Part shown: positions 19,163 through 29,211 of the stretch, one piece after another
Position numbering within the stretch: the first letter of the stretch is position 1
How the letters are laid out: each line of letters begins with the position of its first letter
Assembly (NCBI GenBank): GCA_031414535.1
Contig: JANNVQ010000014.1
Location: 128,001 to 192,000 of the forward strand
DNA length: 64,000 bases
Reading direction: 5' to 3'
Origin: Gemmatimonas sp.
GTDB taxonomy: Bacteria; Gemmatimonadota; Gemmatimonadetes; Gemmatimonadales; Gemmatimonadaceae
The notes under the pieces: generated by a model
What the model was told of the DNA's origin: nothing
The model's database searches: none
The model's input: the letters and a program-made list of their open reading frames with translations, nothing else
Program-made: the position numbers and the translations under genes

Positions 19163-20023
19163 GTGACGACGCCTGTGACCACCGCCGCGCGCCCAATGCT
19201 CTCTGGCATCGTGGACTTGCACAGCCACTTCATCCCTGGCGTGGACGACGGCGCCCGCACGCCGGACGAGGCGCTGCGCGCGCTGATTGCGATGGCAGCG
19301 CAGGGCTGCGACAGCTGCGTCACCACGCCGCATCTTGATGCGTCCCTGACCCGTAACGCTCCGGCGCTGGCTAAGCGGCTCGCGGACTTCGACCGCGGCT
19401 GGGATCAACTCGGCGCCGCCTGCGGGGCGCATCTCGGCCAGCAGGGCGCCGCCGCCTTGCCGATGCTGTTTCGCGGCGTGGAGTTGATGCTCGATGAGCT
19501 CGAGCCCGATTTGAGCAATCCCAAGCTCAGGCTCTGCGGTGGGCAGTACGTGTTGGTGGAGTTTCCGGCGCTACGGTTGCCCGTAAATGCCCACGTGGGC
19601 ATTGCGGCCTTGGCCCGCCAAGGCTGGCGGCCGGTGGTGGCGCATCCGGAACGTTACCGGAATCTCGATGTGAAGCTCGAGTCACTGCGTCGCATCCGCG
19701 AAGCGGGCGCCTACTTCCAAGTGAACGCCGGCTCGCTCACTGGCAAGTACGGCTCGCGTGCGGAGCGGACGGTGCGGCGGCTCCTAGATCAGGGCTGGGC
19801 GAGTTTTATGGCCAGCGATCATCATGCGCGCGGGACGCCGCAGATTGCCGGCGCAGTTGAATTGTTGGCGGAGTCCGGGGGAGTCGAGCAAGCCACGCGA
19901 CTGCTCGCGGAGAACCCGCGGCGCATTTTGATTGGGGCAACGCCGTTGGATGTGGCGGGGATTGCACCGGCACGTGGGAGCGTGTGGTGGAATCGGTTGA
20001 TGCGTCTCACAGGGAGCGCCTGA
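19163..20023 (+). CDS. PHP-family protein tyrosine phosphatase (CpsB/CapC type)
   Basis: 'DLHSHFIPGVDDG', 'TTPH', 'AHPERY', 'ASDHH' motifs. Start is GTG 19163 or ATG 19196. Confidence 0.9.
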   Translation: MTTPVTTAARPMLSGIVDLHSHFIPGVDDGARTPDEALRALIAMAAQGCDSCVTTPHLDASLTRNAPALAKRLADFDRGWDQLGAACGAHLGQQGAAALPMLFRGVELMLDELEPDLSNPKLRLCGGQYVLVEFPALRLPVNAHVGIAALARQGWRPVVAHPERYRNLDVKLESLRRIREAGAYFQVNAGSLTGKYGSRAERTVRRLLDQGWASFMASDHHARGTPQIAGAVELLAESGGVEQATRLLAENPRRILIGATPLDVAGIAPARGSVWWNRLMRLTGSA

Positions 20024-20025
20024 GC

Positions 20026-21093
20026 ATGCGTCTCGTCACGGTGGTGGGCGCGCGACCGCAGTTCATCAAAGCGGCACCAGTAAGTGCTGCCCTACGCGAG
20101 CATCACAAGGAGTGCCTCGTGCACACGGGGCAGCACTACGACCCCGAGCTCTCCGGCGCGCTGATTGATGAGATTGGAATGCCTCAGCCGGACATTGCCT
20201 TGGGCATTCATGGTGGATCCGCGGCCGAACAACTGGGGCGCTGCGTGCTCGCGCTCAACGAGGTGCTCGTCAACCAGCAGCCCGACGCCGTGATGGTGTA
20301 CGGTGATACCAACTCCACGCTCGCTGGCGCGCTTGCTGCCGACCGCTGCGGCATACCGCTCGTTCACGTCGAAGCTGGACTCCGCTCCTTTGACCGACGC
20401 ATGCCCGAAGAGCGAAACCGCATCGTCGCCGATCATCTGTCCAGCCTCTTGCTCTGCAGTTCCGAGTCTGGTGCAGTGCAGTTGCGCCGCGAAGGCATCG
20501 CGCACGGCGTGCATGTGGTTGGCGACGTCATGCAGGACGCCTTACTCGCCACTCAGGCGCGACTTCAGGGCGCCAACAGCGCGGCCATTCTTGCTCGCTT
20601 CGGTCTTGTGCCTGGCGGGTACGTGTTGGCCACGATTCATCGCGCCGAGAACACTGATGACTTGGCGCGGCTGCGCGCAATCCTAGGCGGGCTCGCCGCC
20701 GTGGGTGTTCCGGTGATTCTGCCGCTGCATCCCCGCACGCGGCAGGCAATGGCGTCCTCGGGGTTATCTGCCGAAGGCCGACTAAGCACGGTCACCTCGC
20801 TAGGGCACCTAGAGTTCGTGGCCTTGACGTCTGCGGCGCGGTGCGTCGTCACCGACTCCGGCGGACTGCAGAAGGAAGCCTTCTGGCTTGGAGTTCCTTG
20901 CGTGACTGTCCGGACGAGTACCGAGTGGACGGAGACTGTGACGAGCGGTTGGAATCGCCTCGTGGATGCGCAAGCGAGTGACATCGTTAGCGCCGTTGGT
21001 GCGGCGACGCCACAAGCGGAGAGACCGGCGCTCTTCGGACCGACCGGCGCCGCTGCGCGTATCGTCGAGTTGCTACCGCGTGTGCTCGAATAG
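20026..21093 (+). CDS. wecB: UDP-N-acetylglucosamine 2-epimerase, non-hydrolysing (WecB/WbpI family)
   Basis: 'GARPQFIK', 'HTGQHYD', 'GDTNST', 'HVEAGLRS', 'PEE.NR', 'TDSGGLQKEA'. Confidence 0.92.
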   Translation: MRLVTVVGARPQFIKAAPVSAALREHHKECLVHTGQHYDPELSGALIDEIGMPQPDIALGIHGGSAAEQLGRCVLALNEVLVNQQPDAVMVYGDTNSTLAGALAADRCGIPLVHVEAGLRSFDRRMPEERNRIVADHLSSLLLCSSESGAVQLRREGIAHGVHVVGDVMQDALLATQARLQGANSAAILARFGLVPGGYVLATIHRAENTDDLARLRAILGGLAAVGVPVILPLHPRTRQAMASSGLSAEGRLSTVTSLGHLEFVALTSAARCVVTDSGGLQKEAFWLGVPCVTVRTSTEWTETVTSGWNRLVDAQASDIVSAVGAATPQAERPALFGPTGAAARIVELLPRVLE

Positions 21094-21116
21094 CACGCAC
21101 CTCTTGTGCGATTGAA

Positions 21117-21818
21117 TCAGCGCGGGAGCCATTCGCGCAGTTGCACTGGTGCATCACGATCGGCAACGCACAAGGCACCAACGAATGGCGCCGGTAGACC
21201 GAGCGCATGCAGCTTCCAACGGTTGATGTCTGGCGTGTCCGCCGCGTAGAGGAGCCGGGGTGTCGCATCGCCTGCCGTCACCGCGAAACGCGCCAGCGCT
21301 GGGCCGATCCCGACTCCCGTGGCCTTCACATAGGCCTCCTTTCGCGTCCAGATGCGATAGAAGGTTTGCAAGCGCTCGGGCTCGGGCACCGTCCAGAGCG
21401 CCGACTGCTCTTCGGTGGCAAAATGGGACTCCGCCACACCCTGCATCTCAGGAACCGGCCGCGGGTCCTCCACATCCACTCCAACGACGGCGCCAGTTGT
21501 CACTGCCACAAGGGCCATTGCGCCAGAGTGTGATAGGTTGAAGTCGATTCCTGCGACGTCGAGCAGCGTGGGCTTCCCGTTAGCATCGCGCCCGAATCGT
21601 AGGGCCTCTGGTGAGAGGCCCGTGGCGCTGGAGAGCACGCTGCGCAGCGCCACGTGCGCCACCCGCCAGCGATCCGCGTGCTCGGTGGCGTAAAAGCGGG
21701 CCGCTCGATCGCGCTCCGCGTCGTCTAGCCAGGCGAGTCGCTCGGCATTCAGAACTTTGCGCTCGTCGAGCGGCACCATCCACACAGTCGTCACTTCCGA
21801 AAGAAAGCACATTGGCAC
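21117..21818 (-). CDS. Sfp-type 4'-phosphopantetheinyl transferase
   Basis: 'GKP', 'FNLSHS', 'VGVDVE', 'WTRKEAYVKATG.G' motifs. Confidence 0.92.
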   Translation of the reverse strand: MPMCFLSEVTTVWMVPLDERKVLNAERLAWLDDAERDRAARFYATEHADRWRVAHVALRSVLSSATGLSPEALRFGRDANGKPTLLDVAGIDFNLSHSGAMALVAVTTGAVVGVDVEDPRPVPEMQGVAESHFATEEQSALWTVPEPERLQTFYRIWTRKEAYVKATGVGIGPALARFAVTAGDATPRLLYAADTPDINRWKLHALGLPAPFVGALCVADRDAPVQLREWLPR

Positions 21819-21860
21819 TGGGCAGGCGAGCCGATGTAAGTTGCCTCGGCCGCTACCATC

Positions 21861-23096
21861 ATGCGCGGCACCACAGTCCTCAACTTTTCGGAGTCGCGTT
21901 TGCTCGCTGCGCTGCTGTTCATCATTGGGGTCTGTGCAGCGGTCACGTTCTACGCGTATTTCGGGTATCCGGCGCTGCTATGGCTACTCGCCAAACTGCG
22001 GCGGCCTCAGCATGTACATCGTGCTGAGCCCTCGGTGTGGCCTCGCATCTCCATTACGCTACCCGCTTACAACGCCGAACAGACCCTGCGTCCGGTGCTC
22101 GACGCACTTATGCTGGTGGACTATCCGCGGGACCGCCGCCAGATCCTCATCGTGTCAGATGGCTCCACGGATGGCACGGACGCGCTCGTACGTGAGTACG
22201 CATCACAGGGTGTGGAGTTGCTGCGCATTGAAGGACGTCTGGGGAAGACGGAGATCGAGAACCGGGCTTTCGCCTCGCTCACCGGCGAAATTATCGTCAA
22301 CACCGACGCATCGGTCACCATCGATCCCGCCGCCGTGAAGCACCTCGTGTGCGCTCTCGGAGATCCCGCAGTGGGCGTGGCCTCCGGACGCGACGTTTCG
22401 GTCGCGTCCGTGGGTGCGAAGGGCGACGCCAGCGAAGCGGCCTACGTGGGATACGAGATGTGGGTGCGCGACCTCGAGACTGCAATTGATGGCATCATTG
22501 GGTCGAGCGGTTGCCTCTACGCCATTCGCGCTCCACTGCACCGCCGGCAACTTGGCGGCCATTTGAGCCGCGACTTCAGCTCTGCGCTCTGGGCGCGCTT
22601 GAACGGCGTGCGAGCCGTGTCCGTGCGCGATGCGGTGTGCTTCGTACCGCGCGCCGCGTCAATGCGCGTTGAATACCGACGCAAGATTCGCACGATGAGC
22701 CGCGGCATTCAGACCCTATTCTTTCATGCGCAGCTCTTGAATCCGTTTCGCTACGGATTGTTCGCCTGGATGCTGGCGAGCCACAAACTGCTGCGCTGGC
22801 TGGTCCCTTGGGCGCTTCTCGTGGGCGCCGCGCTCACGCCGGCGCTGCTCATACTCGCGGTCGCTGATCGCGCCACGGTCTGGGGGGCGCTCGCGGCGCT
22901 CGGCACAGCGGGAGTGCTGGTGCTGCTCGTATTGGGCGCGCTTGGCTGGCGTTGGCCCGGGCCTCATCCTCCGCGACTTGCCGCAGTAGCCGCATATTTT
23001 GTGGCCGGCAACTGGGCAGGCATCATTGCCTGGGTTCAGGCAGTGCAGGGCCAAAGTGCCGCGCGGTGGGAACCGACGCCGAGGTCCCTCAGCTAG
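21861..23096 (+). CDS. Glycosyltransferase family 2, membrane-anchored
   Basis: 'PAYN', 'SDGSTDGT', 'TDA', 'GCLYAIR'; N- and C-terminal TM segments. Confidence 0.88.
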   Translation: MRGTTVLNFSESRLLAALLFIIGVCAAVTFYAYFGYPALLWLLAKLRRPQHVHRAEPSVWPRISITLPAYNAEQTLRPVLDALMLVDYPRDRRQILIVSDGSTDGTDALVREYASQGVELLRIEGRLGKTEIENRAFASLTGEIIVNTDASVTIDPAAVKHLVCALGDPAVGVASGRDVSVASVGAKGDASEAAYVGYEMWVRDLETAIDGIIGSSGCLYAIRAPLHRRQLGGHLSRDFSSALWARLNGVRAVSVRDAVCFVPRAASMRVEYRRKIRTMSRGIQTLFFHAQLLNPFRYGLFAWMLASHKLLRWLVPWALLVGAALTPALLILAVADRATVWGALAALGTAGVLVLLVLGALGWRWPGPHPPRLAAVAAYFVAGNWAGIIAWVQAVQGQSAARWEPTPRSLS

Positions 23097-23102
23097 ACGA
23101 AA

Positions 23103-23903
23103 TCAGCGAAGCAATGCCGCGGCCAATAGTGGACCTGCAATCAAGCTTACAACTTGAAGAACGATGGTGCGATCCCAAGGTTGGCGCGCAGCGTCAATCA
23201 CGAGGAAGTCGCCGTCGCGCACGCCCAACTCGGCGAGCGTGCGCCCATTCACGATTGCTGAGCGGACTTCACTATTTGAAATTGTCTCGGAATTATTCCG
23301 CACCATGCGCATCCGCATCGGGTCTGCCGTCTGCAGCGGTCCACCGGCGGCCGTGAGCACGTCATCCAAACGCGCATCGAGTGGGGCGAGTTGGTAGCCC
23401 GGTTGTGCCACCGGACCGAACACGGCCACGCGCAGCAACGGCCGCACGAGCACCTCGGCGTCGCGGGCCGTGTTGCGCACGCGCGACCTCACGCGCTCCG
23501 CGGCTTCGGCGCGCAGCACACCCGTCAGCGAGACGGCCCCAAACGAGCCCACAAAAACTGTCAGGGAATCGTCTACCACCAGCGTCTCGTCGAAGGACGC
23601 ATTGCCCGATACCTTCACGATGATTCGATCGCCAGCCCTGAAATCCCCGCGCTCAAGGCGAGTACGCAGAGTCTCCGCACCACGTGTAGCCCTCGCGCGC
23701 AGACGCAATCCGTAAGCGGGCGATGCAGCAACAGCTTCGAGACGGGCCGCCTCGGCAGTGACTTCCTCACGAGAAGCGGCAGGATCCGATCCGCGAGACG
23801 CCGATTGCGCAGGGAGCGCTGCGGCGAAGAGGCTGAGAGCCGTCGAGAGTGTTCCCATCGCAAAGCGGAGGTGCGAGGTTCTCGGCGCAAAGATGCAAGT
23901 CAT
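23103..23903 (-). CDS. Polysaccharide export protein (Wza/OPX-like, SLBB domain)
   Basis: 'GDRIIVKV' Poly_export-like segment, 'VFGPVAQPG', 'LTAAGGP', 'GDFLVI', C-terminal amphipathic helix. Start is ATG 23903 or 23858. Confidence 0.75.
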   Translation of the reverse strand: MTCIFAPRTSHLRFAMGTLSTALSLFAAALPAQSASRGSDPAASREEVTAEAARLEAVAASPAYGLRLRARATRGAETLRTRLERGDFRAGDRIIVKVSGNASFDETLVVDDSLTVFVGSFGAVSLTGVLRAEAAERVRSRVRNTARDAEVLVRPLLRVAVFGPVAQPGYQLAPLDARLDDVLTAAGGPLQTADPMRMRMVRNNSETISNSEVRSAIVNGRTLAELGVRDGDFLVIDAARQPWDRTIVLQVVSLIAGPLLAAALLR

Positions 23904-24205
23904 TTTCCAATGCTAACCTACGCAATCCCACGGCCGCTACTGAGTGCATTGCTCGCAGATTCTACCTCGGAGGGAACTTGCGTCTGGACAGCGATGTTGC
24001 ACCTTCGCACCAGTACTGGCACGGTGTGTGGCCTAGGCGCATCGGGACTGGCGCACATTTTCGACGCAGAAGATACCGTAAGTCGTTGTTGTAAAGTTAC
24101 TTAGGAGATTCCCAACTCCCTGCATGACTCTTGCGTATATGTAACGTGATTGTCCCGAATCCCATCTCGGGGTACCAGTGACAAATCCCACCTAATCTCC
24201 CGTCC

Positions 24206-25132
24206 GTGATTTCAACGCCAAGTGCGACCCGCCGTCCCCCGCTGACGCTCATTGCCAACGGGCAGGAGTGGAACGCCCGCTCGCTTGAGTCCATTCTCGC
24301 CCCGCACGGATACGCCGTGTTGCGCGCATACAACGGACGTCAGGCCATTGAGCGCACGCTTAGTGCGCGTCCAGACCTGATCATCATCGACACCGATCTC
24401 CCGGACCGCAGCGGATTCGACGTCTGCCGCGCGATCCGCGAGCATCCCAGCATCAGCCGGGCGACACCAATTCTCATGACTACGGCCGGCAATCCCAGTC
24501 GTGCTAAGAAGCTTGAGGCTCTACGCGCGGGCGCTTGGGAGATGCTTGGCGCAACACTCGATGCGGAGGAGCTGGTATTACGCCTCGACGCAATGATTTC
24601 GGCGAAGCTCGAAATCGATCGGGTAAAGGACGAGAGCCTGCTCGACGAGATTACTGGGCTCTACAACCTGCGCGGGCTCGATCGTCGCGCACGTGAGTTG
24701 GGCTCTCAGGCCTTCCGCGCGAAGGGTGCGCTGGCCTGCGTGGTGGTCACCCCGCTGAGCTCCGACGCCGACATTGACATCGCAAACTCGTCTGTGATGG
24801 TGCGGCTGGCCCGCGTATTGCTGCAGACCGGCCGCAATTCCGACGTGATTGGCACCATGAGCCCAGGTGAGTTCGCCATTGTTGCTCAAGGCACCGACGC
24901 CGAGGGAGCCGAGCGACTTGCGCAGCGTATTGCGGTGGCAGCCGCTGAACAGTTTGGGAACGAGTCCGTACATGTCGCGGTGGGCTACGACGCAGTGCTC
25001 GACTACTCCGAATCCCCGATTGATCCGAGCGACCTGCTTTCCAACGCGAGCGCCGCTATGCGCGCATCGCGGACGAGCGCCGTCGGGGGACAGCGCGTGA
25101 GCATCAGCCGCTTCGGCGCAATCCTTAACTAA
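24206..25132 (+). CDS. Receiver domain plus degenerate GGDEF domain protein
   Basis: REC 'PDLIIIDTDLPDRSGFDVC', 'DEITGLYN'; the GGDEF position reads SPGEF and is preceded by RNSD. Confidence 0.85.
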   Translation: MISTPSATRRPPLTLIANGQEWNARSLESILAPHGYAVLRAYNGRQAIERTLSARPDLIIIDTDLPDRSGFDVCRAIREHPSISRATPILMTTAGNPSRAKKLEALRAGAWEMLGATLDAEELVLRLDAMISAKLEIDRVKDESLLDEITGLYNLRGLDRRARELGSQAFRAKGALACVVVTPLSSDADIDIANSSVMVRLARVLLQTGRNSDVIGTMSPGEFAIVAQGTDAEGAERLAQRIAVAAAEQFGNESVHVAVGYDAVLDYSESPIDPSDLLSNASAAMRASRTSAVGGQRVSISRFGAILN

Positions 25133-27486
25133 CCGTCGCCCGGCGTCGCCTGGGAGACGCTACCTGACGGCAAGGCAGCCACCTCGTTCTGCTCGCCGGC
25201 TGCGTAGCCAGGCAGATACGAGTAGTACCGATAGGCTCCCGTCGGCTTCACATCGTTGAGCACCGCGCCGAGCACGCGGATAGACAGGCGCCGCAGATCA
25301 GCCAGGCGTGCGCTCGCGAGCTCACGGTCCGTGAGGCCGTTCCGCAGCACCAACGCGAGCGTCCCGCTCAGCGAAGCCAGCACAATTGGATCCACGCCCG
25401 CGCCCAGCGGGGGGCTGTCAATTACAATCGCTTCGTAGGTCCCGCGCACGTCCATCATCAAACGCGTCATCTGCGTGGATGAGAGAAGCTCCGGGATATT
25501 GGACCTCGGCGTACCCTTCGGCAGGAAGTCGAACTCCTCGCCCACGGGCCGCACAATCGACTCGGCTAGGCTGCTTTGACTCGAGAGGACTTCCGACAAG
25601 CCCGGACTCCGTGGGACGTTCAGCGTGCGGTGCAGGTAACCGCGGCGATTGTCACCGTCCACGAGCAAAGTCCGTCGCCCAGTAAGGGCGATGCTCTGCG
25701 CGAGCAGCAACGAGACGAACGACTTCCCGTCTCCGGCGCCCGGTGAGGAGATGGTGACGACAAACGGGCCGCCGCTCCCGTGCGCGAAGAGCAGTCCCAT
25801 TCGAATGCTGCGCGTCACCTCAACCAGCATCGCCTGGTCGTCCTCTCGCGCCTGCCCATCGCGTCCTTTGCGTAGTAGCGGAAGCGCACCGAGAATCTGA
25901 AGTCCAAGGTCTCGCGTCACCTGCTCGGGGTAGCGGATGCGCCGATCAAAACGATCTCGCAAAATGGCGAGCGTCACGCCGGATCCGAAGCCAAGGATGA
26001 ATCCGACCACAATCACTAGAACGACTTGATCGCTTACAGGGCGCGTCGGTGGCACAGCGTAGTCGAGCAAGCGCACATCCGGCGCCGAGCTCAGCTCGGA
26101 AAGTCGGGCCGATTCGTACGCGGCCTGCACTTCCTTATAAAGATTCTGTGCTACGTCCCTGTTGCGCTCGCGCCGAGATTCCTCGGTGGCGCGAAGCGGG
26201 ATTTGCTGCATCTCGCGTGACGACGCTGCAATCCGCGAGTCCAAGTCTGTGATCCGAGCCTCAAGTGCTTGCCGCAGATTCGCGGCCTGTCGCGGAATCG
26301 CCACGCGCTCAATCTCGAAAATCTCCGCTTCGAGCTGGCGCAGCGGAGGATAGGTCGATGAGAAGGCAAGGCGCATCTGCCTCGCCTCGCCGCGCTTCGT
26401 AGTGAGCAACTGCAAAGTGCCTGTCAGCTCCGAATACTCGCGCACGGCAGGAATCGCGGCCAGCGAGGCACCCAACGAGGTCGTGGTATCGCTCTGCGCC
26501 TGGAGGGCACGTTCGATGGCATCGCGGTCGCGCACGAGGTCATCGCGGTCCATCCGCAGCCGGAAGAATGCCTGCCGCACCGGGTCGCGAGTCTCCGCAA
26601 GGCCAGGCGTAATCGGCGCCGCCCCGCGATCGCTTGGCAGAGTAATGGTGTTCACCTGATACTGCTCGAGTGCGCTCTCCTCGGCTGTAAGTTTCAGGCG
26701 CGCCACCTCAAGCTGCTCGCGTAAGGCCTCGGTAACGGTCGTCAGCTTCTCACGCTTGAGCTGCGTCGCGACTTCAACAAACTGATCCGCAATCGTATTG
26801 ACCAGCCCCGCCGTGTTGGACGCATCGTATCCGCGGAGCGAGAGCTTCAGCAGGGCGCCGTCCAAAGGAAGCACGGGCTCCATCTCATTGTTCAGGCGCA
26901 CGGCCGCGTCGCGAGGAGACCGAACGCGGAACCGCACCTCCAGCCCGCCGGGTGACGGAGGCGTCCACAGAAGCCCGACCGGGCGACCGAGGGAATCACC
27001 CGCCGGAGCCGAGTCCAAGAGGGTCCCCTCGACGGAACTGAGCCGATTGGTCCCCGCACCGTCACTGCTGAACACGTACTCGCCCCAGCGGGCTTCCGGT
27101 GCAATTGCAAAGGTAGAGAAGAAGCGCCAGTCGGTGGACGCTGCCGGCTCGAGATACAGTCGCCGCTTGCGCACCACCTCGTCGAGGACCGCGTAGGAGC
27201 GCAGCAACTCAATCCAACCGCGGCCTTCAAAGAGCGGTGCGCTACGTAAGGGATTGGCCGCGCCGAAGCTGCGGGTCGCTACCGGCACTTGGAGCGAGGC
27301 CTGCGCTTCATACACGGGCTGCAGGAGCCGAGACAAACCAGCGCCAGCTAAGAGACCGCCGAAAGTGAGCGCCAGAATCAGGACGCGCTGACGCCAGATG
27401 GCCGACCAGAGCCGCCGGAAGTCGATTGCCTCGTCTTCGTACAGATAGTCACTTCCGGCTTTCGACTGAGGCTTGGTGGACGGCAT
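25129..27486 (-). CDS. wzc: Polysaccharide co-polymerase / tyrosine autokinase
   Basis: Two TM helices flanking a coiled-coil periplasmic region; Walker A 'SSPGAGDGKS', 'LLVDGDNRR', 'IVIDSPP'; C-terminal Tyr cluster 'AYRYYSYLPGY'. Confidence 0.93.
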   Translation of the reverse strand: MPSTKPQSKAGSDYLYEDEAIDFRRLWSAIWRQRVLILALTFGGLLAGAGLSRLLQPVYEAQASLQVPVATRSFGAANPLRSAPLFEGRGWIELLRSYAVLDEVVRKRRLYLEPAASTDWRFFSTFAIAPEARWGEYVFSSDGAGTNRLSSVEGTLLDSAPAGDSLGRPVGLLWTPPSPGGLEVRFRVRSPRDAAVRLNNEMEPVLPLDGALLKLSLRGYDASNTAGLVNTIADQFVEVATQLKREKLTTVTEALREQLEVARLKLTAEESALEQYQVNTITLPSDRGAAPITPGLAETRDPVRQAFFRLRMDRDDLVRDRDAIERALQAQSDTTTSLGASLAAIPAVREYSELTGTLQLLTTKRGEARQMRLAFSSTYPPLRQLEAEIFEIERVAIPRQAANLRQALEARITDLDSRIAASSREMQQIPLRATEESRRERNRDVAQNLYKEVQAAYESARLSELSSAPDVRLLDYAVPPTRPVSDQVVLVIVVGFILGFGSGVTLAILRDRFDRRIRYPEQVTRDLGLQILGALPLLRKGRDGQAREDDQAMLVEVTRSIRMGLLFAHGSGGPFVVTISSPGAGDGKSFVSLLLAQSIALTGRRTLLVDGDNRRGYLHRTLNVPRSPGLSEVLSSQSSLAESIVRPVGEEFDFLPKGTPRSNIPELLSSTQMTRLMMDVRGTYEAIVIDSPPLGAGVDPIVLASLSGTLALVLRNGLTDRELASARLADLRRLSIRVLGAVLNDVKPTGAYRYYSYLPGYAAGEQNEVAALPSGSVSQATPGDG

Positions 27487-27579
27487 CTACTATAAACTGG
27501 GGAAAAGAATATGAAAAAAGGGGGCAAACCCCTGCGAACATGAGACGAATATACGCTGAAGAGGTAATGAACTAAGCTC

Positions 27580-27608
27580 TTGACGCGCCTCTAATTAGGC
27601 CGTACCCT
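27580..27608 (+). promoter_or_regulatory. Sigma-70-type promoter for the response regulator
   Basis: TTGACG-N17-TACCCT. Confidence 0.5.
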
Positions 27609-27629
27609 ACGATTCCAGATTTTCTTCTG

Positions 27630-29192
27630 TTGCGCGGCTGCCACAGGTCCGTGGTAGCCATAGCCCGCCCGAAATTGAGCGCTTCTCGTTCTGCTGTCAC
27701 GGATTCCCACAATCCGGATGACCATTCGCTAGTCGGACGCGAATTTCGATCCAGTCTCAACGTATTGCTCGTGGACGATGAGCGTACGCTTCGTGAGACC
27801 TGTCGCACTATTCTCGAGAGCCTCGGCTACGTCGTGGATGTCGCGACACGAGGTGAAGAAGCACTGAAGCTGTTGCAGCGGCGCATCTACGACATCGTGC
27901 TCAGCGACCTGTATCTGCCCGATATCACCGGAATTGACATCTGTAAGGTTGCCGTTGAGCGCTCGGCACGGACTCTCGTCATCGTGATGACGGGAAATCC
28001 CAGTGTCTCCTCAAACGTTGAAGTGCTTCGCGCTGGAGCTTGGGATTATTTGCCGAAGCCGTTCTCGGCGACCCATTTAGAAATTCTGATTGGGCGAGCC
28101 GCGCACACCATGTTGGTAGCGCGAGAAAACGATGGCCCTGACGGTCAGGCGCGGGAGGTGCCGGAGGATCCTGATACGCCCATCGGCGTGTCACAGTCCT
28201 TTCTGCGCTGCCTTTCGCTTGCGCGCAAAGTTGCGGATACCGACGCATCAGTTTTTATCACTGGTGAGACGGGCGCCGGCAAGGAGATGATCGCGCAGTA
28301 CATCCATCGCCAGAGCCGTCGGCGCACGCGCCCGATAGTTGCCGTGAACTGCGCGGCCTTCCCTGAGGGTCTGCTCGAGTCCGAGATGTTTGGCCATGTG
28401 CGCGGATCGTTCACGGGTGCCGTGCGAGACAAGGCCGGGTTGCTCGAGACGGCCAATGGTGGCTCGATGTTCCTTGACGAGCTCACCGAGATGCCGAAGT
28501 CCCTGCAAGCCAAGTTGCTGCGCGTCATTCAGGACGGTGTCGTTCGGCGCGTCGGAAGCAACGCAACCAACACGGTCGTCAATGTGCGCTTCGTGGCCGC
28601 GTCCAACCGTGACCCCGATGACGCCGTGCGCGATGGAGTCCTCCGCGAGGACCTCTATTATCGTCTCCGCGTGGTTCCAATCGCAATTCCGCCACTGCGC
28701 GATCGCCCCGAAGACATCGAACCGCTCGCCCAGCACTTCCTGCGCCGCTATTGGCGCCAACACCGCGACGGCGAATCTCGGGTCCCGAGCCTAGCGCCTA
28801 GCGCGCTCGAGGCACTTAAGTCCCACTCTTGGCCGGGGAATGTCCGCGAGCTCCAGAACTCGATTGAGCACGCGGTGGTCCTGTTGAATCCGGGGCAAGC
28901 GGTGCACGCTCAGGATATTCCGTTGCATGGGATGCGCGCCCGCGCCGCCGCGGCCGCGCCGGAACCCGCCGTGGAATCTCCGGTGGATTTGTTACAGGAG
29001 AGTTATCACGCCGCGCGCGATCGAGTCATTGCGCAGTTTGAGCGGCGGTACATTGATGCGTTGGTAGTCGCGGCGGACGGAAATATGTCGAAGGCAGCAC
29101 GCCTGGCTGGCGTCGACCGCACGACGCTCTACCGATTGATGGAACGACACGACCTGCAGCGCGACGCGGTCGTGAGTACAGATCTCTCGTGA
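27630..29192 (+). CDS. Sigma-54-dependent response regulator (NtrC family: REC-AAA+-Fis HTH)
   Basis: 'VLLVDDE', 'GETGAGKE', 'ESEMFGH.RGSFTGA', 'FLDE', 'WPGNVREL', 'AARLAGVDRTTLYR'. Start codon uncertain. Confidence 0.93.
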   Translation: MRGCHRSVVAIARPKLSASRSAVTDSHNPDDHSLVGREFRSSLNVLLVDDERTLRETCRTILESLGYVVDVATRGEEALKLLQRRIYDIVLSDLYLPDITGIDICKVAVERSARTLVIVMTGNPSVSSNVEVLRAGAWDYLPKPFSATHLEILIGRAAHTMLVARENDGPDGQAREVPEDPDTPIGVSQSFLRCLSLARKVADTDASVFITGETGAGKEMIAQYIHRQSRRRTRPIVAVNCAAFPEGLLESEMFGHVRGSFTGAVRDKAGLLETANGGSMFLDELTEMPKSLQAKLLRVIQDGVVRRVGSNATNTVVNVRFVAASNRDPDDAVRDGVLREDLYYRLRVVPIAIPPLRDRPEDIEPLAQHFLRRYWRQHRDGESRVPSLAPSALEALKSHSWPGNVRELQNSIEHAVVLLNPGQAVHAQDIPLHGMRARAAAAAPEPAVESPVDLLQESYHAARDRVIAQFERRYIDALVVAADGNMSKAARLAGVDRTTLYRLMERHDLQRDAVVSTDLS

Positions 29193-29211
29193 TTCTTTCG
29201 CCAATTATTTC

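Noticed and set aside
24017..24032. Sigma-54 promoter at TGGCACGGTGTGTGGC
   Set aside because: GG-to-GC spacing is 11, not the required 10.
27515..27610. c-di-GMP-I riboswitch suggested by GGGCAAACC...GAGACG
   Set aside because: No GAAA-capped paired P2 stem or GACGCAAAGC segment; the GGGG/CCCC pairing is better explained as a short hairpin.
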